A stretch of DNA of 61,205 nucleotides, from positions 1-61,205 of the forward strand of contig CANQYP010000001.1 of NCBI GenBank assembly GCA_947628045.1, given 5' to 3'. Under the pieces are notes generated by a model that made no database searches, was not told the DNA's origin, and saw only the letters and a list, made by a program, of their open reading frames with translations. Below, in pieces: positions 47,033 through 56,775 of the stretch. The stretch is from an uncultured Lachnospiraceae bacterium. Its GTDB lineage: Bacteria; Bacillota; Clostridia; Lachnospirales; Lachnospiraceae. The translations under genes were made by a program, and so were the position numbers. Within the stretch, counting starts at the first letter, position 1; each line of letters opens with the position of its first letter.

Positions 47033-50000
47033 TTGAAGAGACGAATCGAACAATTGCTGAACGGAATATTTGAATATAAGGTGCCGAACCTGCGGATCGA
47101 GCCGGAAAAGCTGGAGATCCACGCGGGACCGGGGGCGGCGGCGCGCGGGAGTTTTCGTGTTGCGGCGGAGGATCACCGCAAGGTTAAGGGCTTTCTCTAC
47201 ACGTCGAGCCCGCGCATGCTGTGCGAGCCGGTCGAATTCCAGGGGACCGAGAGCGAGATCCGGTATCAGCTCGACTGCAGCGGTTTTGAGGACGGCGTCA
47301 GGGAGCAGGGCAGCATCACGCTCTGTACGGATCTCGGGGAGTATGTCCTGCCGTACGAGGTAGTGGTCGAGGCGGCGCAGCGCCACCCGGGCGCGGAGAA
47401 GATCGGGACGGCGCAGGAGCTGGCGCAGCTTGCGCGGAAGAACTATGAGAAGGCAGCCCGGATCTTCGCCACAGACGAATTTGCCGCGCGGCTTGCCGAA
47501 CGCGAACCTCAGTTCGCGGCGCTTTGCGGCAGCCTGCGCGCGCAGGAGACCGGAGCGCTGCCGCTGGAGGAATTTCTGGTCGGAACAGGCTGCAAGGAGC
47601 CGCTGGCACTTCGCGCGGAGCAGGATTCCTATGTCTGGGACGGTCTGTCCGCCCCGACGATGCAGACGATCCAGATCACGAAGAACACCTGGGGTTATGC
47701 GCAGATTACCGTCACCTCGGACGCGGGCTTTGTCCGCCCGGAGCGCAGGCAGTTCACGACGGAGGATTTCGCGGGCAGCACCTTCGGGCTGAACCTGGTG
47801 GTGGATACGAACCTGATGCATGCCGGGAACAATTTCGCGCGGATCCTGCTGAAGACAGGGCACCGGACGCTGCAGATCCAGGTGACGGCGCGCGGGGCGG
47901 AGCGCTCCCGGGCGGCGCGCGACCACCATATCCGCAGGATCATGATGAAGGAGCTGGAGTCCCTCTATGTGCGTTTCCGCCTGAAGAAGACGGATCTCGC
48001 GACCTGGGTGGAGCGCTCAGTCAGCGTGATCAACAGCTACAAAAGAGCCGGCGGACAGGACATCTACGCGGATCTGTTCCTGGTGCAGCTCTATTTCGCG
48101 GACGGAAAGAAACAGCGCGCTTTCAAGCTGCTCGAGAGCCTGGACGGCGAGCGGCGGCGCATGGACACGCCGGAGCGCTACGGATTCTATCTGTATATGA
48201 CGACCTTTTTCTACCATGAGGCGGCGTATGTCGACCGCGTGGAGGAGGAGATCGTGCGGATGTTCTCCCGGGATCAGGCAAACTGGAGGCTGCTCTGGAT
48301 CCTATTGTATCTCCAGGAGAAATACTTAAACGACGACAAGGCAAGGTACGAGGCGATCGCGGAGCAGTTCCGCCGCGGCTGCCGCAGCCGGATCCTGTTC
48401 CTCGAGGCGTACCAGATCCTGAAGAAGGATCCGTTCCTGATGCGGCGGCTCGGGGCGTATGAACTGCAGCTTTTGCGCTTTGCGCGGGAGGAGGACTGCC
48501 TGACCGCGGAGGTCATGCGCCAGACGGCGGAGCTGGCGGCGTACTCCCCGGCGTTTGACCAGCGGCTCTATGAGGTGCTGACAGACGGGTATCGCCTTTA
48601 TCCGTCCGAGGATCTCGTGAAAGCGATCTGTCTCCTGCTGATGAAGGGAGACAAGAAGGACAGCTGTTTCTTCCCCTGGTATGAGAAGGGCGTTGCGAGC
48701 GGACTTCGCCTCACGGGACTGTATGAATATTATATGGAGACGATGGACAGCCTCGACATGGACGCCATGCCGCAGGTGATCCGTATGTATTTTGCTTATG
48801 ACACCGCGCTGGATTACCGCAGGAGGGCGGCGATCTACCGCAGGATCGTGGAGAACCGGGAGGAGGATCCGCAGACCTACCGCAATTATCGGACCGCGAT
48901 GGAGAAATTCACGGCGGACCAGCTCGAGACGGCGCGGATCTCGGACGATCTCGCGGTGCTGTATCGGACGTTTTTGCGCCGGAGTTCCCTGACGAGGGCA
49001 TCCGCGGAAAAGCTTGCAAAGCTCCTGTTCAGCTACGAGGTGACGTGCGATCTGCCGGAGGCAAGGCAGGTGGTCGTGCATTCCGCGCGTTTTCGCAGGG
49101 AGCAGGCGTGGATCCTTGCAGATGGAAAAGCCTGTATCCAGATCTTCGACCCGGACAGTGCGCTCGTGCTGGAGGACACGCACGGTCGCCGTTTTCTTGC
49201 CGCCGATCTGTGCGGCGTCCGAAGAATGTTTGAGGATGAGGAGATGCTTTCCTGGTGCGTGCAGCTCTGCCCTGATTTTCCGGGACTGCTGCTGTACCTA
49301 TGTCTCCGCTGTATGGAGGCGGGACCGGTTCAGAAAAAGACGCTTTCGTATTTTGTGGTGGCATGTGAGACGGAGGCATTTTCCGACGCGTTTCGCGATG
49401 TGATGCGGAAACAGGTGATGGACTATTATGTAAACCATTTGCGGGACGAGTCGCTGCCGGAATTTCTGGAGCATATTCCATACCTCGCCTATGTGAAGGT
49501 GGACAAGGCGTCGCTGATCACGCTCCTGGCGGAGGAGGGCAAGTGCGCGGACGCGTTCACGATCCTGGACGCTTACGGGACGGAGGGCATTGCGCTGCTC
49601 CAGCTTGTGCGCATCTGCAGCCGCATGGTGCTCGAGCTGGAATTCGAGGAGAATCCCATGCTGCTGTCCCTGTGCCGCTATTGCTTTGACCGCGGCAAAT
49701 ATGACGACAAGCTGCTGCGCTACCTGCTTTTGTACTACGAGGGCTCGGTGCGCGACATGAAACAGGTCTGGCTGGCGGCGGTTCGTTTTGACCTTGACAC
49801 GATGCTGCTGGAGGAAAAGATCATAACGATGATCCTTTTCACGCGGAGCGGGACGCAGGGGTCGGAGGCGGTGTTCGAGTCCTACTGGAAGAAGATGGGG
49901 CGCAAGAAACTGTGCAGGGCGTATGTGAACCTCAAGGCATATGAGTATTTCGTCAAAGGCATTCCGGTGGCGGACCCGGTGTTCGCCTACATGGAGCGGG

Positions 50001-50587
50001 AGTACCTGTACCTGGAGCGGAAGAACCGGTCACAGGAGCAGGAACAGGTGTGTCGGCTTGCGCTTTTGCAGCATTACGCGAAGAGCCTGGAGCTCAAGCC
50101 GGAGCAGAGGAAGATCGCCGCGCAGCTGCTTGAGGAATTCGGCGCGCGCGGCATGCGGTTCGCGTTCTGGCGCCGCTTTGACGAGGATCTGCTGCGTCCT
50201 TACCAGATGGAGGGCACGGTGTTTGCGGAATATGCCTGCGACCCCGAAAGCAAGGTGACGATCTTCTATCGGCTGCGCGGCAGGCAGGAGGAGTACCGGC
50301 AGGAGACGATGAAGGATTACTTCGAGGGAATCTTCGTCCGGGAGTTTACCCTGTTTGACGGAGACGAGCTGGAATGCTATCTTGAGGAGAAGTCCGGCGA
50401 CACGCGCAGGAAGACGGATCTCTGGATCCTGAAGGCGCCGTCGGGGGCGCCGGGGCGTGTCTCGAAATACGAGGCTCTGAACCGGATCGCGCGGGCGCAG
50501 CGCGCAGACGGCAGCCGCGCGGAGGAGGAGCTGGAGACCTACCTGACGCAGGAATATCTGGCGCGTGAGCTGTTTACCCTGGTGTAA
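47033..50587 (+). CDS. Large conserved hypothetical protein (DUF5717-like): two beta-rich Ig-like N-terminal domains, helical-repeat core, beta-rich C-terminus
   Basis: 1184-aa ORF, TTG start after AGGAG SD, typical coding pattern; family name from recollection, not a search. Confidence 0.8.
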   Translation: MKRRIEQLLNGIFEYKVPNLRIEPEKLEIHAGPGAAARGSFRVAAEDHRKVKGFLYTSSPRMLCEPVEFQGTESEIRYQLDCSGFEDGVREQGSITLCTDLGEYVLPYEVVVEAAQRHPGAEKIGTAQELAQLARKNYEKAARIFATDEFAARLAEREPQFAALCGSLRAQETGALPLEEFLVGTGCKEPLALRAEQDSYVWDGLSAPTMQTIQITKNTWGYAQITVTSDAGFVRPERRQFTTEDFAGSTFGLNLVVDTNLMHAGNNFARILLKTGHRTLQIQVTARGAERSRAARDHHIRRIMMKELESLYVRFRLKKTDLATWVERSVSVINSYKRAGGQDIYADLFLVQLYFADGKKQRAFKLLESLDGERRRMDTPERYGFYLYMTTFFYHEAAYVDRVEEEIVRMFSRDQANWRLLWILLYLQEKYLNDDKARYEAIAEQFRRGCRSRILFLEAYQILKKDPFLMRRLGAYELQLLRFAREEDCLTAEVMRQTAELAAYSPAFDQRLYEVLTDGYRLYPSEDLVKAICLLLMKGDKKDSCFFPWYEKGVASGLRLTGLYEYYMETMDSLDMDAMPQVIRMYFAYDTALDYRRRAAIYRRIVENREEDPQTYRNYRTAMEKFTADQLETARISDDLAVLYRTFLRRSSLTRASAEKLAKLLFSYEVTCDLPEARQVVVHSARFRREQAWILADGKACIQIFDPDSALVLEDTHGRRFLAADLCGVRRMFEDEEMLSWCVQLCPDFPGLLLYLCLRCMEAGPVQKKTLSYFVVACETEAFSDAFRDVMRKQVMDYYVNHLRDESLPEFLEHIPYLAYVKVDKASLITLLAEEGKCADAFTILDAYGTEGIALLQLVRICSRMVLELEFEENPMLLSLCRYCFDRGKYDDKLLRYLLLYYEGSVRDMKQVWLAAVRFDLDTMLLEEKIITMILFTRSGTQGSEAVFESYWKKMGRKKLCRAYVNLKAYEYFVKGIPVADPVFAYMEREYLYLERKNRSQEQEQVCRLALLQHYAKSLELKPEQRKIAAQLLEEFGARGMRFAFWRRFDEDLLRPYQMEGTVFAEYACDPESKVTIFYRLRGRQEEYRQETMKDYFEGIFVREFTLFDGDELECYLEEKSGDTRRKTDLWILKAPSGAPGRVSKYEALNRIARAQRADGSRAEEELETYLTQEYLARELFTLV

Positions 50588-50624
50588 ACACGGGGACAGG
50601 TTCAAAAGGAGATAAGAGGGAGCT

Positions 50625-51875
50625 ATGATACAGGCGACAAATGAACTGGTGCTGGGCATGGAGCTGAACGAACAGTATGCGCAGATCACCTATTATCACT
50701 CGTCCGTGAAGGAGCCGATGACGCTGGGGGCGTCGTCGGATTCGGAGCATGCGCTCCTGCCGATGGGGCTGCGGCAGGACAGGCAGGGGAACTGGCATCT
50801 CTGGGACGGAAGGAGCGGAGACGGGATCACGGATCTGTATCGGAAGATCGCGGGACGGGAGCCGCTCGTCTGCGGCGGGAAGAGCTACGAGCCGCAGGAG
50901 CTTTTGGCGATCTATTTCAGGCGCTGCCTTGCCAAGCTGAAACTGGCGTCGCAGGACGTCACGCTGCACATTATGGTCACGGTGCGGACGCTCGACGATC
51001 TGTGGAGCGCGGTGATCGTGGAGGCGCTCGAGCGCGTCGGGCTGGACCGCAAGCAGATCTATATCCAGGACTATTGTTCTTCCTTCTATTACCATACGAT
51101 CAACCAGAAAAAGGAGCTCTGGTACCAGGACGTCGCGCTGCTGACGTACGAGGATGAGGCGATCGTCGGACAGGTGCTCCACATCGACCGCAGCACAAGA
51201 CCGGCGATCGCGATGGTGAATGAGGTCGCACGCCAGCCGATGGGCAGGGACGTGCGGGGCGGGCGCAGCGATTCCGAGTGGAAAAAGGAGAAGGATCGGC
51301 TGTTCTTTGAACTCCTGAAGAAGGTGTTTGAGCGGCGGAATGTCTCCGCGAGCTATCTGATGGGGGATTATTTCAACAAGAGCTGGGCGGAGCGTTCGAT
51401 CCAGTTCCTGTGCTACCGGCGTCACGCGTTTCAGGGACGGAACCTCTACTCCAAGGGCGCATGCTACGCGGTGATGGAGCGGGTCGGTATGATCGAGGAC
51501 CACGGGATCATTTTCGGCGGCAGGGATATGATCGAGCGCAACCTGGGCATGGAGATGCGTATCCGCGGGAAGGAGACGTATTATCCGCTGGTGAGCGCGG
51601 GGATCAACTGGTACGAGGCGCACCACGTCTGTGAATTTATTCTGGACGGGGAGCGGGAGATCCGGGTCGTCTCGCAGCCGATGACGGAGGGCGAGAGCAT
51701 TGTCCATGTGATGCGCCTTCCGGGACTTCCGTTCCGCCCGGATCGCGGGACGAGGGTGCGGATGACCGTCTGGTTTTCCTCATCGTCCTGCTGCCACATC
51801 GAGGTGGAGGATCTGGGGTTCGGCGGTCTGTACCGCTCTTCGGGGCTGAGCTGGAAACGCGCCATATGCTTTTAG
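50625..51875 (+). CDS. Degenerate Hsp70/actin-fold protein (DUF5716-like)
   Basis: Colinear but degenerate Hsp70 motifs: LGMELNEQ, IMVTV, EALERVGL, YLMG, SKGAC, LPGLPFRP...VEDLGFG. Confidence 0.7.
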   Translation: MIQATNELVLGMELNEQYAQITYYHSSVKEPMTLGASSDSEHALLPMGLRQDRQGNWHLWDGRSGDGITDLYRKIAGREPLVCGGKSYEPQELLAIYFRRCLAKLKLASQDVTLHIMVTVRTLDDLWSAVIVEALERVGLDRKQIYIQDYCSSFYYHTINQKKELWYQDVALLTYEDEAIVGQVLHIDRSTRPAIAMVNEVARQPMGRDVRGGRSDSEWKKEKDRLFFELLKKVFERRNVSASYLMGDYFNKSWAERSIQFLCYRRHAFQGRNLYSKGACYAVMERVGMIEDHGIIFGGRDMIERNLGMEMRIRGKETYYPLVSAGINWYEAHHVCEFILDGEREIRVVSQPMTEGESIVHVMRLPGLPFRPDRGTRVRMTVWFSSSSCCHIEVEDLGFGGLYRSSGLSWKRAICF

Positions 51876-51890
51876 GGGAAGGGAGCGTCT

Positions 51891-52685
51891 ATGGGGTATG
51901 ATCTGTGCCTGCTGAAACAGGCGGAAAAGCCATATTTTATCGAAAACATACGGACGGGCATCTACTCGCTCGAGGAGCTCTGCTTTTACCTCTATCACAA
52001 TGTATACCTGATCGACGAGAGCATTCTCAACGAGGGACTGTGCGACTGGATCCGGGACGAGCTGGGCTTGACGCGGCTGTACCGCCAGCTCTACGAGCAG
52101 CTTGAGAAACAGGAGGGGGCGGCGTATTTTGTGCTGCCGATCTTCCGGGAGGCGGGTTATCTGACGCATGCGCAGATGCGGGAATTTCAGGAGCAGCTCG
52201 CAAAGCTTGAAGTGCAGTCGGACGATATGAAACAAAAGCTGCGCGGCGACTATCTCTTCCGGGAGCGCATGTACGCGCGGGCGATCGGGGAGTACCGCGG
52301 TATCCTGAAACGCAGGAACCCCGGCAAGCTGGGGACGCAGTTCTACGCGGCTGTGCTGAACAACCTCGGCGCGGCGTACGCGGGGCTGTTCCAGTTCGAG
52401 ACCGCCGCGGAGTGTTTCCGCGAGTCCTACGAGCTGTCGAGGACGAAGGAGACGCTGCGCAAGTACGTCAGCGCCCTGCCGCTGTTTCTGGACGAGAAGG
52501 AATACCAGGAGCGGCTCGCAAAGCTGCGGGTGGATCCGGCGCTCATACAGGGGATCCAGGAATACAACGCAAAACTGTGCGCCGCGCCGGAGCTGAAGGA
52601 GGAGATCGCGCGCGCCGGGGAGCAGGGCGTCGGGGAAGTCCTGGAGGAGCTGAAGGAGCAGTACTGCAGGAGCACGAAAATCTAA
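51891..52685 (+). CDS. TPR-containing hypothetical protein
   Basis: RGDYLFRERMYARAIGEYRGIL and VLNNLGAAYAGLFQFETAAECFRESYEL TPR-like helices; 15 bp after the previous gene. Confidence 0.75.
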   Translation: MGYDLCLLKQAEKPYFIENIRTGIYSLEELCFYLYHNVYLIDESILNEGLCDWIRDELGLTRLYRQLYEQLEKQEGAAYFVLPIFREAGYLTHAQMREFQEQLAKLEVQSDDMKQKLRGDYLFRERMYARAIGEYRGILKRRNPGKLGTQFYAAVLNNLGAAYAGLFQFETAAECFRESYELSRTKETLRKYVSALPLFLDEKEYQERLAKLRVDPALIQGIQEYNAKLCAAPELKEEIARAGEQGVGEVLEELKEQYCRSTKI

Positions 52686-52687
52686 TC

Positions 52688-52716
52688 TTGCAATCTTGGG
52701 CTTAATCATATATACT
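52688..52716 (+). promoter_or_regulatory. sigmaA-like promoter of purC
   Basis: TTGCAA-17-TATACT. Confidence 0.6.
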
Positions 52717-52820
52717 TGCTTGTGGCAAGAAAGCAGGCGCGACAAAGCCGGATCTTGTTCCGCCGCGGCGCGCCGACACAAACAGGGAAACCATTCACAG
52801 AGGCGAAGAGGAGATCAGTT

Positions 52821-53528
52821 ATGGAAAAAAAGGAATTGCTCTACGAGGGAAAGGCAAAGAAGGTTTACCGCACGGACAACGAGGATGTGCTGATCGTGGA
52901 CTACAAGGACGACGCGACGGCGTTCAACGGTCTGAAAAAGGGGACGATCACCGGTAAGGGCGTGATCAACAACCGCATGACGAACCATGTGTTCCAGATC
53001 CTTGAGAAGGAGGGCGTTCCGACGCACTTTATCGAAGAGCTGAGCGACCGGGAGACCGCTGTGAAGAAGGTGGAGATCGTTCCGCTCGAGGTCATCGTGC
53101 GCAACATCGCGGCGGGCAGTTTTTCAAAGCGCTTAGGCGTCCCGGAGGGCACGCCGTTTGCGGCTCCGACGCTGGAGTTCAGCTACAAGAACGACGAGCT
53201 GGGCGATCCGCTGATCAACGACTATTTCGCGATCGCGCTGAACCTTGCGACGCGGGAGGAGATCGAGACGATCACGAAGTACGCGTTCAAGGTGAACGAG
53301 GTTCTGAAGAACTATTTCCTGCAGGCGAACATCGAGCTCGTGGACTTCAAGATCGAGTTCGGACGCTATCACGGGCAGATCATTCTGGCGGACGAGACCT
53401 CGCCGGATACCTGCCGTCTGTGGGACGCGACGACGCATGAGAAACTGGACAAGGACCGTTTCCGCAGGGACCTTGGCAATGTCGAGGAGGCATACAACGA
53501 GGTGTTCCGCCGTCTCGGACTGGCTTAA
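52821..53528 (+). CDS. purC: SAICAR synthetase
   Basis: [46 protein letters not shown]. Confidence 0.97.
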   Translation: MEKKELLYEGKAKKVYRTDNEDVLIVDYKDDATAFNGLKKGTITGKGVINNRMTNHVFQILEKEGVPTHFIEELSDRETAVKKVEIVPLEVIVRNIAAGSFSKRLGVPEGTPFAAPTLEFSYKNDELGDPLINDYFAIALNLATREEIETITKYAFKVNEVLKNYFLQANIELVDFKIEFGRYHGQIILADETSPDTCRLWDATTHEKLDKDRFRRDLGNVEEAYNEVFRRLGLA

Positions 53529-53562
53529 GTGTTTGGAACCTGGGCGGGAGATGAGGAAAAGA

Positions 53563-55011
53563 ATGAATTCTGAGATTCATGAGATGGCGGAGCCGGAGGA
53601 TAAGCTGCGCGAGGAGTGCGGTGTTTTTGGCATGTACGATTTCTCGGGAGAGAACGTCGCGTCGTCGATCTATTATGGACTTTTTGCGCTGCAGCACCGC
53701 GGGCAGGAGAGCTGCGGGATCGCGGTCAGCGATACGCGGGGACCGAAGAAGAAGGTGCTGTCGCACAAGGGCATGGGGCTTGTGAACGAGGTGTTCACGG
53801 GCGACCATCTGGCGGCGCTGAAGGGCGATATCGGCGTCGGGCATGTGCGCTATTCGACCGCGGGCGGGAGCACGCGCGAGAACGCGCAGCCGCTGGTGCT
53901 CAACTATATCAAGGGTACGCTGGCGCTCGCGCACAACGGCAATCTGATCAACGCGAACGAGCTCCGCAGGGATCTGGAGTACACCGGCGCGATCTTCCAG
54001 ACGACGATCGACACGGAGGTCATCGCCTACCACATCGCCAGGGAGCGCGTCCGCTCAAAGGACGTCGAGGGCGCGGTCGCGAACGCGATGAAAAAGCTGG
54101 TGGGCGCGTACTCACTGGTCATCATGTCGCCGCGCAAGCTGATCGGGGCGAGGGATCCGTTCGGGTTCCGCCCGCTGTGCATCGGCAGGAGGGACAACGC
54201 GTACATTCTCGCGTCCGAGACCTGCGCGCTGGACACGATCGGCGCGGAGTTTGTCCGGGACGTCGAGCCCGGGGAGATCGTGACGATCAGCCCGAAGGAG
54301 GGCATCGTGTCCGACCGCAGCATGTGTCTGCCGAAGGAAAAGACGGCAAGGTGTATTTTTGAATACATCTATTTCGGAAGACCGGACAGCCGACTGGACG
54401 GCGTCAGCGTCTACCAGTCGCGGATCCGCGCAGGGCGTTTCCTCGCGATGGATTCTCCGGTGGACGCGGATCTCGTGGTCGGCGTGCCGGAGTCCGGCAA
54501 CGTGGCGGCGCTCGGCTATTCGCTGGAGTCCGGGATTCCTTACGGGACTGCGTTTGTCAAGAACGGCTATGTGGGGCGCACGTTCATCAAACCGAAACAG
54601 AGCAGCCGGGAGTCGAGCGTCCGCGTGAAGCTGAACGTGCTGCGCGAGGCGGTGGCCGGGAAGCGGATCTTCATGATCGACGACTCGATCGTCCGCGGGA
54701 CGACGAGCGACCGGATCGTCCGCATGCTGCGCGAGGCAGGGGCGCGGGAGGTACATATGCGCGTCAGCTCGCCGCCGTTTCTCTACCCGTGCTATTTCGG
54801 GACAGACGTGCCGGCGCGGGAGCAGCTGATCGCCTACAACCGCACACTCGAGGAGATCCGCGCGATCATCGGCGCGGATTCGCTGGGCTATCTGCGGCTG
54901 GAGCGCCTGCAGGAGCTGACGGAAGGGCTGCCGATCTGCCACGGATGTTTCACGGGACAGTATCCGGTGAGACCGCCGAAGGAAGATATACGTGGGGAAT
55001 ATGAACGATAA
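53563..55011 (+). CDS. purF: Amidophosphoribosyltransferase
   Basis: EECGVFG, LQHRGQE, GHVRYST, AHNGN, IDDSIVRGTT. Confidence 0.97.
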   Translation: MNSEIHEMAEPEDKLREECGVFGMYDFSGENVASSIYYGLFALQHRGQESCGIAVSDTRGPKKKVLSHKGMGLVNEVFTGDHLAALKGDIGVGHVRYSTAGGSTRENAQPLVLNYIKGTLALAHNGNLINANELRRDLEYTGAIFQTTIDTEVIAYHIARERVRSKDVEGAVANAMKKLVGAYSLVIMSPRKLIGARDPFGFRPLCIGRRDNAYILASETCALDTIGAEFVRDVEPGEIVTISPKEGIVSDRSMCLPKEKTARCIFEYIYFGRPDSRLDGVSVYQSRIRAGRFLAMDSPVDADLVVGVPESGNVAALGYSLESGIPYGTAFVKNGYVGRTFIKPKQSSRESSVRVKLNVLREAVAGKRIFMIDDSIVRGTTSDRIVRMLREAGAREVHMRVSSPPFLYPCYFGTDVPAREQLIAYNRTLEEIRAIIGADSLGYLRLERLQELTEGLPICHGCFTGQYPVRPPKEDIRGEYER

Positions 55012-55012
55012 A

Positions 55013-55136
55013 CACGAACGCAGCGTCGGGGACATCGCAAGCTGTGACTGCTTGCAGGCAACAGCAGGCGATGGCTCAGACGATATGTGAGTGTAACGAA
55101 CACCGAGGAACCGCAGGTTCCGAGGCTGCGTTTGTG
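55013..55136. other. Multi-stem palindromic intergenic element (REP/MITE-like or structured RNA)
   Basis: Terminal cacgaacgcagc/gctgcgtttgtg pairing; inner catcgc/gcgatg, gctgt/acagc, ggaacc/ggttcc stems. Confidence 0.6.
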
Positions 55137-55171
55137 ACAGACAAAAGACTTGATGAGAAAGGATAGATAAT

Positions 55172-56611
55172 ATGGGAGACCGCAACGACCGATATGTGAG
55201 TCCTCTTTCTGAGCGCTACGCGAGCAGGGAGATGCAGTACATCTTCTCGCCGGACATGAAGTTCCGCACGTGGAGGAGGCTGTGGATCGCGCTGGCGGAG
55301 ACGGAGCAGGAGCTTGGGCTTGATATTACCGACGAACAGATCGCGGAACTGAAAGCGTTTCAGGACGACATCAACTACGAGGTGGCGAAGGAGCGCGAGA
55401 AGGTCGTGCGCCACGACGTGATGTCGCATGTGTACGCCTACGGCGTGCAGTGTCCGAAGGCGAAACCGATCATCCATCTCGGCGCGACGTCCTGTTACGT
55501 GGGGGACAACACGGACATCATCGTGATGACCGAGGCGCTGAAACTTGTGAAGAAAAAGCTGGTCAACGTGATCGCGCAGCTTGCGGATTTCGCGATGAAG
55601 TACCGGGATCTGCCGACGCTCGCGTTCACGCATTTTCAGCCTGCGCAGCCGACGACGGTCGGCAAGCGCGCGACGCTGTGGGCGCAGGAGTTCCTGATGG
55701 ATCTGGAGGATCTGGACTATGTGCTCTCCACGATGAAACTGCTCGGCTCGAAGGGGACGACCGGCACACAGGCGAGTTTCCTGGAGCTGTTTGACGGCGA
55801 TCAGGCGAAGGTCGATCAGCTCGATCCGAAGATCGCGCAGAAGATGGGATTTTCCGCGTGTGTTCCGGTGTCGGGGCAGACGTATTCGAGAAAGACGGAC
55901 ACGAGAGTGCTCAATGTACTCGCGGGGATCGCTGCGAGCGCGCACAAGATGTCGAACGACATCCGGCTGCTCCAGCATCTGAAACAGGTGGAGGAGCCGT
56001 TTGAGAAGACACAGATCGGCTCTTCCGCGATGGCGTACAAGCGCAATCCGATGCGCAGTGAGCGCATTGCCTCGCTGGCGCGCTATGTGATCTGCGACGC
56101 CCTGAATCCGGCGATCACCTCGTCTTGCCAGTGGTTCGAGCGGACGCTGGACGATTCCGCGAACAAGCGGCTTTCCGTGCCGGAGGGATTCCTCGCGGTG
56201 GACGGGATCCTCGATCTCTGCCTGAATGTGACGGACGGGCTGAAGGTCTACCCGAAGGTGATCGAGCGCCAGCTGATGGCGGAGCTGCCGTTCATGGCGA
56301 CCGAGAACATCATGATGGACGCGGTGAAGGCGGGCGGCGACCGGCAGGAGCTGCACGAGAAGATCCGCACGCTCTCGATGGAGGCGGGACGGAATGTGAA
56401 GGAAGAAGGCAAAGAGAACAATCTTCTGGAGCTGATCGCCGCAGACCCGTCGTTCGGCATGTCGCTCGAGGATCTGAAGAAGTCGATGGAACCGTCGCGC
56501 TATGTCGGACGCTCGAAGGAGCAGGTGGAGCGTTTCGTGGAGACGGTGGTGAGACCCGTGCTTGCGCAGAACGAGGAACTGCTCGGCGTAAAAGCGGAGA
56601 TTAATGTTTAA
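55172..56611 (+). CDS. purB: Adenylosuccinate lyase
   Basis: SPLSERYAS, RHDVMSHV, HLGATS, THFQPAQ, GSSAMAYKRNP. Confidence 0.97.
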   Translation: MGDRNDRYVSPLSERYASREMQYIFSPDMKFRTWRRLWIALAETEQELGLDITDEQIAELKAFQDDINYEVAKEREKVVRHDVMSHVYAYGVQCPKAKPIIHLGATSCYVGDNTDIIVMTEALKLVKKKLVNVIAQLADFAMKYRDLPTLAFTHFQPAQPTTVGKRATLWAQEFLMDLEDLDYVLSTMKLLGSKGTTGTQASFLELFDGDQAKVDQLDPKIAQKMGFSACVPVSGQTYSRKTDTRVLNVLAGIAASAHKMSNDIRLLQHLKQVEEPFEKTQIGSSAMAYKRNPMRSERIASLARYVICDALNPAITSSCQWFERTLDDSANKRLSVPEGFLAVDGILDLCLNVTDGLKVYPKVIERQLMAELPFMATENIMMDAVKAGGDRQELHEKIRTLSMEAGRNVKEEGKENNLLELIAADPSFGMSLEDLKKSMEPSRYVGRSKEQVERFVETVVRPVLAQNEELLGVKAEINV

Positions 56612-56627
56612 TTAAGAGTGGGGCACA

Positions 56628-56725
56628 GACAGGAACCGCAGGGATTTCCGGGCGTTTTCCGGCACAAACCGTTTGATGTCGGTTTTGCCGGGAAATGCCC
56701 AGGAAGGGTACCGTGCGGTTCCGTC
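56628..56725. other. Long imperfect hairpin between purB and purA
   Basis: ggaaccgca/tgcggttcc, gggcgtttt/gaaatgccc, ccggca/tgccgg, aaaccg/cggttt nested. Confidence 0.7.
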
Positions 56726-56775
56726 CGGGTAATGTTAATATAACATGAAATATGTATATTTTGGAGGAAACGAAT

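Noticed and set aside
47033-52685. Wadjet/SMC-type defence system suggested by the DUF5716 name
   Set aside because: The large protein has no Walker A, no long coiled coil and there is no Toprim nuclease gene; motifs fit an Hsp70-like fold instead.
52717-52820. Purine or ZTP riboswitch upstream of purC
   Set aside because: No recognisable consensus aptamer or terminator; only weak GC pairing.
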